Shown here piece after piece: positions 47,212-56,609 of a stretch of DNA of 62,792 bases. The first letter of the stretch is position 1, and each line of letters begins with the position of its first letter. The DNA comes from an uncultured Candidatus Poseidoniales archaeon. Its GTDB lineage: Archaea; Thermoplasmatota; Poseidoniia; Poseidoniales; Thalassarchaeaceae. A program made the position numbers and the translations under genes. Under the pieces are notes generated by a model that made no database searches, had not been told where the DNA came from, and worked only from the letters and a program-made list of their open reading frames with translations. The stretch lies in NCBI GenBank assembly GCA_964401115.1, contig CAYNXD010000025.1:1-62792 (forward strand), read 5' to 3'.

Positions 47212-47766
47212 TCACCATGGATATTTGACAACCCAAATAATTCCATCATTACCTATTACTTGAATCGCAAGCATTGCAGCCCCAATCATTGGCCAAATTG
47301 TATCTGTGGCAATACCCTGCTGGTGTGCGCTCCAAGCGAGTAATCCAAGGAGGATATTACCTAGGCAAACCAACCATAGATTCCCAATTACAATCCATTG
47401 ACTCAATGTGCTGCCATTAGAGATATGGAATGCGGTTAATTCAAGCCAAAGCATTGAGGGTATTGTTACGAGTAAAAAAGAAATCAATAATCTAGAATGC
47501 CCACCATCTGTACCATTAGTCCATGGCCATTGAATTGTTTCTACAATTGCACTATCCCAGTGGTAAAGATAGAACCACCACATGATTAGGAACCCTGCAG
47601 CTGAAACAAACATGCAAGCAGTGTTAATTGAACGCCAAGATTCTGGTATTCCGCCCCATAACTGTATTGGATCATCCATACGATAAATTCCAAATGCGTA
47701 GGATGCTAAAACCAATGGCCCCAGAATGTACAGAGCCAATCTAACGGTTTCTCTTGTGATTTCCAT
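47212..47766 (-). CDS. Hypothetical membrane protein
   Basis: About 5 TM segments, Trp-rich, directly downstream of the ALDH gene. Confidence 0.72.
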   Translation of the reverse strand: MEITRETVRLALYILGPLVLASYAFGIYRMDDPIQLWGGIPESWRSINTACMFVSAAGFLIMWWFYLYHWDSAIVETIQWPWTNGTDGGHSRLLISFLLVTIPSMLWLELTAFHISNGSTLSQWIVIGNLWLVCLGNILLGLLAWSAHQQGIATDTIWPMIGAAMLAIQVIGNDGIIWVVKYPW

Positions 47767-47775
47767 ATTGAGGCC

Positions 47776-49404
47776 TCAGGCTAGGGAGGAATAGTCAACC
47801 TCTGCTTCTTCAATCTCTATTTCATCAACATCCATCTGAGCTAGTTGCAATTTCCCACTTAATTCATCATTGACAGCATGCCAGTATGAATAAGCCTCAA
47901 TTACCCAAATACCAGATTCACGGGTGCCATTACCCGAACCTTTGACGCCACCAAATGGAAGGTGTGCTTCAGCACCGGTGGTAGAGTTGTTTATTCCAGT
48001 CATTCCAGCCTTGATTCCTGTCTTGAAGCGATAGGCTTCTAGACGTTCATTCGTGTAAATGGCACTTGAAAGACCATATGGGGAAGCATTGGCAAGATAT
48101 AGCGCATGTTTGAAATCATTTGCCTTAACGATGGTTACAACAGGCCCAAAAATTTCTTCCTGAAAGCATTCCATATCCTCAGTTACGCCAACATAGACAT
48201 GTGGCCACATATAGACGCCTTCAGATGCGTCTCCATGGAAACCAGCAGGTTTGTTGTCATTACTGATTCTTCCACGCCCGTAAATTTTTGTTGCGCCACT
48301 ATCCTCACACATCTCAATTCCTTTGAGGAAATCGTCAGCATATTTTTCAGATAGCATAGGGCCATATAGGACGTCTTCATTATGTAATGAATCACCAATT
48401 GACGTATTTTCTACTTTAACCATGAACTTCTCTAGGAATTCGTCATATACATCCTTGTGAATAATCAGATTTCCAAGACTAGTACAGCGCTGACCTGCAG
48501 TTCCAAACGCTGCCCAATATGCGCCCTCAATTGCATTTTCTAGATTCGCTGATGGCATTACTACTAGCGGATTCTTTCCTCCTAGTTCCAAACTCGCTGA
48601 AACTAAATTTCTACCGCAAACCTCACCAATCATCTTCCCAACAGGAGTGGAACCAGTAAATGAGATTTTGTCGACTTTACCTTCATCAACTGCATCAACA
48701 AGATATTGCCCGGCCCCACTTCCTTTGCCATGAACTAAATTAATCACACCATCAGGTAGTCCCGCTTCATGCATTATTCTAGCTAGGGCGAATGAAAGAA
48801 GTGGAGCATCTTGAGGGGATTTCCAAACACATGTATTTCCGCACATTATCGCGGGTATCATTTTCCAAAATGGCACCGCAGCCGGAAAATTACAGGCATT
48901 AATTATCCCACAAACTCCGAGTGGTCTTCGATATGTGAATAACTCCTTGTCAGGTAATTCGGAATTCACTGTCTGGCCATAGAGTCGGCGCCCCTCAGAT
49001 TGAAAGAATAGGCATGTGTCAATAGCCTCTTGGACCGAGCCAGCAGATTCTTTCAATGTCTTACCAATTTCTCTAGTTTCTAGTCTAACGACATCGTCTT
49101 TGTATTTCATCAACAATCTTCCCATGTTTCCAATAATTTGACCACGGGTCGGTGCGGGGGTTGCTGACCAAGACGGGAACGCGGCTCTAGCAGCGGCGAG
49201 AGCATCATCCACATCTTCTTTTGTTGAAAGTGGGAATTCTCCCAAACAATCACTCAATAATGCCGGATTTCTTGATTCAAAGGTGGAGTTATCGCTGGCA
49301 AGGGTCAATTTTCCATTGATAATATTGTATCCTCTTACCTTTGGTAGTCCATTTGGATTATCATTATTCAACTCTTCAAGTCCAACTTCCAACACATGCG
49401 TCAT
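47776..49404 (-). CDS. Aldehyde dehydrogenase
   Basis: FTGSTPVG, LELGGKN, AGQRCT, EEIFGPV, YGLSS, PFGGVKGSG. Start set at ATG 49404. Confidence 0.93.
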   Translation of the reverse strand: MTHVLEVGLEELNNDNPNGLPKVRGYNIINGKLTLASDNSTFESRNPALLSDCLGEFPLSTKEDVDDALAAARAAFPSWSATPAPTRGQIIGNMGRLLMKYKDDVVRLETREIGKTLKESAGSVQEAIDTCLFFQSEGRRLYGQTVNSELPDKELFTYRRPLGVCGIINACNFPAAVPFWKMIPAIMCGNTCVWKSPQDAPLLSFALARIMHEAGLPDGVINLVHGKGSGAGQYLVDAVDEGKVDKISFTGSTPVGKMIGEVCGRNLVSASLELGGKNPLVVMPSANLENAIEGAYWAAFGTAGQRCTSLGNLIIHKDVYDEFLEKFMVKVENTSIGDSLHNEDVLYGPMLSEKYADDFLKGIEMCEDSGATKIYGRGRISNDNKPAGFHGDASEGVYMWPHVYVGVTEDMECFQEEIFGPVVTIVKANDFKHALYLANASPYGLSSAIYTNERLEAYRFKTGIKAGMTGINNSTTGAEAHLPFGGVKGSGNGTRESGIWVIEAYSYWHAVNDELSGKLQLAQMDVDEIEIEEAEVDYSSLA

Positions 49405-49541
49405 GTTCTGCTCGGAGACGAGGTGATTCATCAATACTCCGTGAGAACCATTTCTTTACAGTGTGGCCAAAAAGGAGATTCAAAACTGCATGGTTTTTAG
49501 TGAGTCCGTGAATCCGGGGTATTGTAGTTGGGGTGATTGCG

Positions 49542-51764
49542 ATGGCGGATGATAGCAAAAAGACACTAGAATTGAAGGTAGCAAAGGCGATACCAAGCGA
49601 CGTTGGACATGGGCGAGCAAGAGTTCCATTTGATAATGATTTGAACTTGAAGCCCGGGGACGTAATCGAAATTAAGGGAGACGACACAACGGCTGCAATT
49701 GTTTGGCGCTGCCGACCAGAGGATGCCAATCTAGGGGTTATCCGAGTAGATGGAATAATCAGGAAGAACGCTGGCTCTCAATTGGGATCCAATGTTACAA
49801 TTCGCAAGGTTGAAGCAAAGCCCTGTACAAGGCTCACACTTTCTCCGGTAATGGCTTCCAAACAGAAAGTACGTTTTGGCCCTGGTATCGAAGGATTTGC
49901 CAGGAGGGGGTTGAACAAGCGACCCGTTGTTTCAGGTGATAGAATATTTATTCCAGGAATGACACTTTTCGCTGAAGCTTTGCCATTTGCCATTATGAAT
50001 ACCACTCCGAAGGGGATTGTTCAGGTTATTCCAGAGACAGAGATAGTCATCAAGGATGAAGCAATTGATGAAGAGATAGACAAAGGAGGAACAACAATTT
50101 CATACGAAGACATAGGAGGTCTTGGTAACCAATTACAAAAGGTCCGTGAAATGATTGAATTACCTCTGAAACACCCAATTTTATTCCGTACTTTAGGAAT
50201 TGACCCTCCCAAGGGAGTTCTTCTTCATGGCCCCCCTGGTACTGGAAAAACCATGATTGCTAAAGCAGTAGCAAATGAAACAAATGCCCATTTCTCATCG
50301 ATTAATGGTCCAGAGATAATTAGCAAATATTACGGGGAATCAGAGAAACAACTCCGTGAGTTCTTTGAGGAGGCAGCAGCACAAGCACCTGCAATAATTT
50401 TCATTGATGAATTGGACAGTATAGCACCGAAGAGAGAAGAGGTGACTGGTGAGGTTGAGCGAAGAGTGGTGGCTCAATTACTAACGTTGATGGACGGGAT
50501 GCAGGGTAGAGACAATGTCGTAGTAATTGGCGCAACCAACCGTCAAGATGCAGTTGATCAGGCATTACGAAGGCCTGGTAGGTTTGACAGAGAAATTGAG
50601 ATTGGTGTCCCAGATAAAGCAGGTCGCCAAGAAATAGTTGATATTCACGTAAGAGGTATGCCAATTGCAGACGATTTTGATATGGATTGGATTCTTACTA
50701 ATACTCATGGTTTTGTTGGTGCAGATGTATCAGCTCTTTCTAGAGAAGCAGCCATGAAGGCATTGAGGAGATATCTTCCAGAGATTGACCTTGAGGAAGA
50801 AGAGGTTCCACCAGAAGTCCTTGAGAAGATGGAAGTTTGTATGGATGATTTCAAGAAGGCCATTAAAGAAGTAGAGCCTAGTGCGTTGAGAGAAATTTAT
50901 GTTGAAGTTCCTGAATTAAGTTGGGATGATGTAGGGGGTCTTGAAGAAGTAAAAGACCGTCTGAAAGAAAGTATTGATTGGCCTTTGACAAAACCAGAAC
51001 TGTTTGAGCACTTCGGCATCAATGCACCTAGGGGAATACTTCTATTCGGTGCGCCAGGTACTGGAAAAACACTACTTGCTAAGGCAATAGCATCTGAAGC
51101 AGAGGCTAATTTCATCACAGTTAAAGGTCCAGAACTATTTTCTAAGTGGGTTGGTGAATCTGAAAAGGCGATTAGAGAGGTTTTCAAGAAAGCAGGTCAA
51201 GCATCTCCAAGCATTATTTTCCTTGATGAGTTTGAGAGTATCGGAGCCCATCGTTCTGCCAATTCAGAATATGGTGGTCAAGTAAACAATAGAATGGTTG
51301 ACCAACTTCTAACTTGTATGGATGGGGTAGAATCACTGGATGGAGTTGTAATTGTTGCAGCAACCAATCGCCCAGAAATGATAGATAAAGCGTTGCTTAG
51401 GTCGGGTAGATTTGAGAGAGTTTTGCATATCCCACCCCCAGATGAAGCAAGTCGTCGAGAAATATTATCTATCCACTCCAGAAAGATGCCTATTGGTAAG
51501 TTCAATATTGAAGATTTTGCTAAGAAATTGGATGGCTATACAGGTGCTGATATCGAGGCAGTGTGTAGAGAAGCAGCACTAATTACGATGCGTGCAGGGA
51601 AGAAGACAGTTACTAAGAAACACTTTGAAGATGCAATTAAACGAATTCGCCCAACAGTTACACTGGAAATGCTTGAATATTATTCAAAGTTAGAAGTTAG
51701 CCTAACAAGTGGGCTAGAGAGGGTAAAAGGTGGTGACACACTTTCTGGAATCGAATCGGTCTGA
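49542..51764 (+). CDS. cdc48: CDC48/VAT double-ring AAA+ ATPase
   Basis: N-domain with DVGHGRAR. Two AAA modules: [22 protein letters not shown] and [18 protein letters not shown]. Confidence 0.95.
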   Translation: MADDSKKTLELKVAKAIPSDVGHGRARVPFDNDLNLKPGDVIEIKGDDTTAAIVWRCRPEDANLGVIRVDGIIRKNAGSQLGSNVTIRKVEAKPCTRLTLSPVMASKQKVRFGPGIEGFARRGLNKRPVVSGDRIFIPGMTLFAEALPFAIMNTTPKGIVQVIPETEIVIKDEAIDEEIDKGGTTISYEDIGGLGNQLQKVREMIELPLKHPILFRTLGIDPPKGVLLHGPPGTGKTMIAKAVANETNAHFSSINGPEIISKYYGESEKQLREFFEEAAAQAPAIIFIDELDSIAPKREEVTGEVERRVVAQLLTLMDGMQGRDNVVVIGATNRQDAVDQALRRPGRFDREIEIGVPDKAGRQEIVDIHVRGMPIADDFDMDWILTNTHGFVGADVSALSREAAMKALRRYLPEIDLEEEEVPPEVLEKMEVCMDDFKKAIKEVEPSALREIYVEVPELSWDDVGGLEEVKDRLKESIDWPLTKPELFEHFGINAPRGILLFGAPGTGKTLLAKAIASEAEANFITVKGPELFSKWVGESEKAIREVFKKAGQASPSIIFLDEFESIGAHRSANSEYGGQVNNRMVDQLLTCMDGVESLDGVVIVAATNRPEMIDKALLRSGRFERVLHIPPPDEASRREILSIHSRKMPIGKFNIEDFAKKLDGYTGADIEAVCREAALITMRAGKKTVTKKHFEDAIKRIRPTVTLEMLEYYSKLEVSLTSGLERVKGGDTLSGIESV

Positions 51765-51858
51765 ATTTCTAATCCTGAATCCCTCCCATGTCCTATTGTT
51801 GGCCAAATAATGGCTATAGTAATGAGAGGATTCAAGTCCTACCTACTCAGACGCACGG

Positions 51859-52104
51859 ATGATGACTGCGACCTTCGGACGAGAACTCATCGGCTTATCC
51901 GTGGTAGATTTGAGAGGAGATATACTGGGCGATGTTGCTGACTTGATGCTCGATTTGACCAGTGGCTCTGTTGGCACACTCGTAATCGAATTACGTGACG
52001 ACCTAGATGCAGGTCTGCTTCCATGGCCATCAGAGGCCGGGCTAATGCTACTCCCTACTGAAGAAATAGGCAGTGTAGGCTCACAAATAGTCCTTAATCG
52101 GTGA
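51859..52104 (+). CDS. PRC-barrel domain protein
   Basis: ELIGLSVVDLRGDILGDVADLMLDLTSGSV..LVI, IGSVGSQIVL. Confidence 0.82.
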   Translation: MMTATFGRELIGLSVVDLRGDILGDVADLMLDLTSGSVGTLVIELRDDLDAGLLPWPSEAGLMLLPTEEIGSVGSQIVLNR

Positions 52105-52189
52105 TATGTCATCGATTCACCAACGCACAACCGTATTAAGGCAGCCGTAGTCGTCATAGCGTTGAACCTACGGTTCAGAGGGTATTGTT

Positions 52190-53821
52190 GTGGCAATGAA
52201 ACCAGCGGATTTGTTCGCTCGGATGAATACGCGTCAGTTTCGTAGGGGCGCTACTCTAACTGCTTTTTACATTGTTCTAGGTCTTCTTTTAGTTACCTTG
52301 TTGGGCAGTTTCATCAACCCTGTTGAATCTCAACTCTCTGCTTACGATGATGACTGGGATGATATCTCCCAATTCCGAGATGATTTGAATTCAATGGGTG
52401 TGGAAACTCATAGTTTGGTTAGTAGCCCATTACTGCTAAATGAGATTGAAAATCCAGAGGAAACAGTTTTTGTCATTGCTGGTGTAGAGAAAGATACCAT
52501 TAGTTTACCTAGATTTACTGGAGACGAGAGCGTAATCGATTTGAATGAAAATGATGGATATACTACTAGTGAAATCGAAGCAATCACTTCGTTTGTTGCT
52601 AGAGGTGGAACAATAATCGTTATGGATGATTTTGGTTATAGCACAGGGGTTGCAGAAGCCTTTGGGATTGAATACAGTGGGCACAAATTGTATGATGCTG
52701 GCGCATGGACCCTAGATTACAACTATATTTGGATAAATTCATCTGACAGTTACAAATACACATCCAATATTTCCAATGCTTGGATGCATCCGTGCTTCAA
52801 AGATTCTGATGGTGATGGGTTTGTCGATCGAATAGATACAGATCCAGGCCACCCAGGTGTGCCCGGAAACATGGTCATTTCAACAGAACAAGCAGGGTTA
52901 TGTGCGCATCATCTCACTGGTGATGGAAGTAATCCTTGGGACTTTGATCCGGGGTATGATTTGCTGTTAAATAGCCCATCGGCCTTCGACCCAGATCATG
53001 CAGATGATAGCGATGATCAACGCTACGGATTGGGTTTATCAAGTACCGATTCCTACCTGGATATCAATGATGATGGTGATTTAACAGTAGGTCCTGCTGG
53101 TAGCGGATTTGAGGGCGATATGCAGGGCCCATTTACAGTTTACATCAAATATTGCTTATCAAGAAATTGTGAGGACCCAACATCAGGCAAGGCCCATTTC
53201 ATTTCAGATGGTAGCCTTTTGATTAATTCTGTATATGACTATGAAAACAAATATGGTGATCAGCAAACAGAAATCGATTCCAATGATAATCGAAAGTGGG
53301 TACTGGATGCTGTTGCTGAGGCGATTCTGTTTGACGACAACGGCACATTGTCTGCAGGTGAAAATGCACAAGTAATATTCGATGAGAGCCGCCATCAACA
53401 AACATCATTCATGGGGGATTCATACAATCTAATCTACTATCTTCTAGTTTATTTCACTAGTGATTGGATGGCAATGTTACTACTGTTCCTAACTCTGTTT
53501 ATTGTTTTTGAAGCAGTTATAATTCGTAAGACAGATCCAGAACCTTGGAGACATGTATTCAGCATAATTTACTACGGATTTGGTGACTCAAGGCGATATG
53601 GTTACTACAGTAGAGCTAACAAGGTCAAGCAAGTACTTCTCTCAAGAGTTAGGAATCTGAATACTCTAACTCGGGAAGAATTCGATGCTCTACCTGCTAG
53701 AGAATTACAGAAAATGATTAGTGACCCAGTTCTAGTCAAATTCGTATTTGAAGATCGTAATTATTCTCTTGAGCAATTGGTTGCGGTGGTCAAACGAGTG
53801 AAGATGTGGGGCCGTAAGTGA
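52190..53821 (+). CDS. DUF4350-like membrane-anchored protein
   Basis: N-terminal TM, SAYDDDWDDISQF, FVARGGTIIVMDDFG, ISDGSLLIN, VIFDESRH, C-terminal TM. Contains a DSDGDG Ca-binding-like insert. Confidence 0.7.
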   Translation: MAMKPADLFARMNTRQFRRGATLTAFYIVLGLLLVTLLGSFINPVESQLSAYDDDWDDISQFRDDLNSMGVETHSLVSSPLLLNEIENPEETVFVIAGVEKDTISLPRFTGDESVIDLNENDGYTTSEIEAITSFVARGGTIIVMDDFGYSTGVAEAFGIEYSGHKLYDAGAWTLDYNYIWINSSDSYKYTSNISNAWMHPCFKDSDGDGFVDRIDTDPGHPGVPGNMVISTEQAGLCAHHLTGDGSNPWDFDPGYDLLLNSPSAFDPDHADDSDDQRYGLGLSSTDSYLDINDDGDLTVGPAGSGFEGDMQGPFTVYIKYCLSRNCEDPTSGKAHFISDGSLLINSVYDYENKYGDQQTEIDSNDNRKWVLDAVAEAILFDDNGTLSAGENAQVIFDESRHQQTSFMGDSYNLIYYLLVYFTSDWMAMLLLFLTLFIVFEAVIIRKTDPEPWRHVFSIIYYGFGDSRRYGYYSRANKVKQVLLSRVRNLNTLTREEFDALPARELQKMISDPVLVKFVFEDRNYSLEQLVAVVKRVKMWGRK

Positions 53822-53831
53822 AGGGTGAGTT

Positions 53832-55088
53832 GTGATGTGGACTAGAAAAGCAGCACTAATGATGACCTCAGGAATTGCTCTCGTACTGATTGGAATGATG
53901 ATGTCTAACTTCCAACTAATGGTGATTGGGATTTCTTTCATTTCTTTTTTGGCTATTAACGGTTGGATTTCAGGCCACGGTGAATTACACATTGTCCGAA
54001 CCCTTTCAGCAGACAATCTCTACAAGGGTGACGACCTTTACGTTGAGTTATCAATAACCAATAAATCTAGAAGAAGAACACAACTTCTGGAAATTTTTGA
54101 CAATGTTCCCCATGAAATGAAAATGAAAAGCGGTCTAAATTACATGATGATTAATCTTGGTGCAGGTCAGACCACTCGTATTCGTTACGTATTGCGCTGT
54201 CCTTTAAGGGGCCATTTCTCTCTAGGGCCAGTTTCTATTCGTTATCGAAATACCTTCAATCTTTTTTCAAATGAGATGTTTGTAGATCATAGGTCTGATA
54301 TCATTGTCTTCCCACAGGATCGTGATGTTGAAGAAGCTATGGTTCGAAGTAAGACTCCTAAGATGTACACTGGGGCAACAACTCTCAGAACGCCTGGTCC
54401 CGGCACAGAGTTTTACTCACTGCGTGAATACGTACCAGGGGATCCATTCAAGAATATCAATTGGAAAGCATTTGCTAGAACAGGGGAACTCATGGTGAAT
54501 GAGAAGTGTCGTGATGCTGTCACGGACGTGTTCCTTCTTTTGGACAGCAGAGACGTATCTCGAATTGGAACGGTTCTGAAGAACCCTCTCGAGATGGGTA
54601 CAATAGCCGCAGCGTCATTATCAGCTTATTTCTTACAAAGGAGAGACTCTATCGCCCTAGCAGTGTATGATGACCGCCTTTCTTATTTGCCAGCAGATGG
54701 AGGGGATAAACAACATTTCAAGATTTTAAGTAGCCTTGCAGGAGTTGCTCCAAAGGGTAACATGCCACTTCAAGCGGTAACAAATGCATTAGCCCCTAGA
54801 TTTAGCCGTGGCAGCCCAGTATTCATCATTTCAAGCCTAGAGGGGGATGGCACAGTCCCACATGCAGTGAGGGATTTAGCAGGGCGTGGTCACGAGGTAA
54901 TAGTTCTGAGTCCAAGTAGTATTGACTACGAGCGTTTAGTCTCAAGAATTCCAAGAATGTCCTACGAGGTAATGAAATTGGAGAGGCAAAACAGGTTGAC
55001 CGCTCTAGCCGGTTTCGGAGCACGTGTAATCGATTGGATGCCTGATGTTGAACTCTCTCAGGCATTACTGCAAGTCAAAATGATGTGA
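53832..55088 (+). CDS. DUF58 (vWA-associated) protein
   Basis: RGHFSLGP, GPGTEFYSLREYVPGDPFKNINWKAFARTGELMVNE, LLDSR. Confidence 0.9.
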   Translation: MMWTRKAALMMTSGIALVLIGMMMSNFQLMVIGISFISFLAINGWISGHGELHIVRTLSADNLYKGDDLYVELSITNKSRRRTQLLEIFDNVPHEMKMKSGLNYMMINLGAGQTTRIRYVLRCPLRGHFSLGPVSIRYRNTFNLFSNEMFVDHRSDIIVFPQDRDVEEAMVRSKTPKMYTGATTLRTPGPGTEFYSLREYVPGDPFKNINWKAFARTGELMVNEKCRDAVTDVFLLLDSRDVSRIGTVLKNPLEMGTIAAASLSAYFLQRRDSIALAVYDDRLSYLPADGGDKQHFKILSSLAGVAPKGNMPLQAVTNALAPRFSRGSPVFIISSLEGDGTVPHAVRDLAGRGHEVIVLSPSSIDYERLVSRIPRMSYEVMKLERQNRLTALAGFGARVIDWMPDVELSQALLQVKMM

Positions 55089-55089
55089 G

Positions 55090-56334
55090 GTGAAAACGAT
55101 GGCGGATGATGTTGAACTTCAGGGAGAGGGGGTAAAAACCCTTCACTTGAAGTCGCTTAGAATTCAATGGCAAATCATTGCGATTCAAACCGTTGCAACG
55201 TTGGCTTTGATTTGGCTATATCTGCAACTCGGTACAAATTTTGGAACATGTAGTTCCGCACATGTTAACTCAGAAGGTGAGGGGCTTTGGTGTCCTGCAC
55301 TAGATCATACTTTGACTTTGAATTTATTTGAGACATTGTTAGGTTCGGAATCGGGAGACGCCTCATTCAATCTACCTTTGCCAGACTTCCTAACTGGTCA
55401 AGGTAACGAAGGCCCGGGGAGATATTACATGCCCATTATTTTGTGTGGCCTACTGACTGCTGGCTGGGTTTTGCTCAATCTGCAAGCACCTCAACTAAGG
55501 AGAAGAGTGGTTCTAGGCGGTCTAATTGTACTGATTTTATTCCTGGCAGGTCGCTTACTCTTGGGGTGGTTTTGGGGTATGCTGATTGATTGGGACCTAT
55601 ATCTGCCGATTTCAAGTGACGCTTCAAGAAATCATGCCGAGACGTTGGTATACCCATTAGTGCTCTATACACAAGTTTTCATTCTTGCACTTTACATGAC
55701 GCCTGTATGGACTGGACTGATGGGGATATGGGGGTTATCAAGGAGAATGATTGGTTGGTCACTTGGGACAACACTAGTCTATCTTGGAATCCACGCGTTA
55801 CTTTCCTTTGAAGCAGTAACCGTATACTATGATATTGGATTGAGGCCGATCAGTCCTCAGATTAGTAATGAGATGGTTTTAGGTGGTTTAGTTTCCCAAA
55901 CAATTTGGCCACTATTATTGATGGCAATTTTGATGCTTATTTACTCAGAATCAGGATTTGCAGTTATTCGAAACTTAGAGTATGCATTCCGTTTGCCAGA
56001 ATCTTGCAAGAAAGACCCTGAATATGTCACCCAATTTGATAATATGCTCAATGGTCATCTAATTCATACATTTGGTATCTTTATTCTGGTATCGCTTTGT
56101 GCAATTTTAGCACTGAAGTTTGATGATTTAATTCTAGATATCGTGGCAATATTTGGTTCTTCCCAATGGAGTGGCCAGGTGCAGGAATCGCTTGAATTAC
56201 AATTGACTTATGGGAAAGTCATTTCTGCGATGTTAATGCTAATTTTTGTTGCAGGTTTGAAGTACATTTTACCTTGGCAAAGATTGGTCGGATTTATTGA
56301 GTCCTACCTCCCAGACTTCAATAGTTCAGAATGA
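55090..56334 (+). CDS. Hypothetical polytopic membrane protein
   Basis: About 8 TM segments, translationally adjacent to the DUF58 gene. Confidence 0.72.
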   Translation: MKTMADDVELQGEGVKTLHLKSLRIQWQIIAIQTVATLALIWLYLQLGTNFGTCSSAHVNSEGEGLWCPALDHTLTLNLFETLLGSESGDASFNLPLPDFLTGQGNEGPGRYYMPIILCGLLTAGWVLLNLQAPQLRRRVVLGGLIVLILFLAGRLLLGWFWGMLIDWDLYLPISSDASRNHAETLVYPLVLYTQVFILALYMTPVWTGLMGIWGLSRRMIGWSLGTTLVYLGIHALLSFEAVTVYYDIGLRPISPQISNEMVLGGLVSQTIWPLLLMAILMLIYSESGFAVIRNLEYAFRLPESCKKDPEYVTQFDNMLNGHLIHTFGIFILVSLCAILALKFDDLILDIVAIFGSSQWSGQVQESLELQLTYGKVISAMLMLIFVAGLKYILPWQRLVGFIESYLPDFNSSE

Positions 56335-56562
56335 TTTTCGGGTGGAAACCCTATGGAGGGGGATAGTCAATACTCTAGCAAGTGTGAATCCCACTATAGG
56401 TAATCCACAAATAACTAATATTGATTGTACAATGTTGGGTATAGGGAGGTCTGCAGCTAATGCTGGTGGAATCATCAATAGTGCGGAAACCAGTCCTATA
56501 ATTGAAACAATCTTTTCTAATAACATTGGATAAGGTTGCTGTTCAGTAATCTGAACAGGCAT
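56326..56562 (-). CDS. Small two-TM membrane protein
   Basis: Two hydrophobic helices. GAAGGAGA precedes ATG 56562. Confidence 0.55.
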   Translation of the reverse strand: MPVQITEQQPYPMLLEKIVSIIGLVSALLMIPPALAADLPIPNIVQSILVICGLPIVGFTLARVLTIPLHRVSTRKSF

Positions 56563-56609
56563 TGGTTGTTCTCCTTCTGCGGGATCAGAAGATGTCAAAC
56601 GAATCCACC

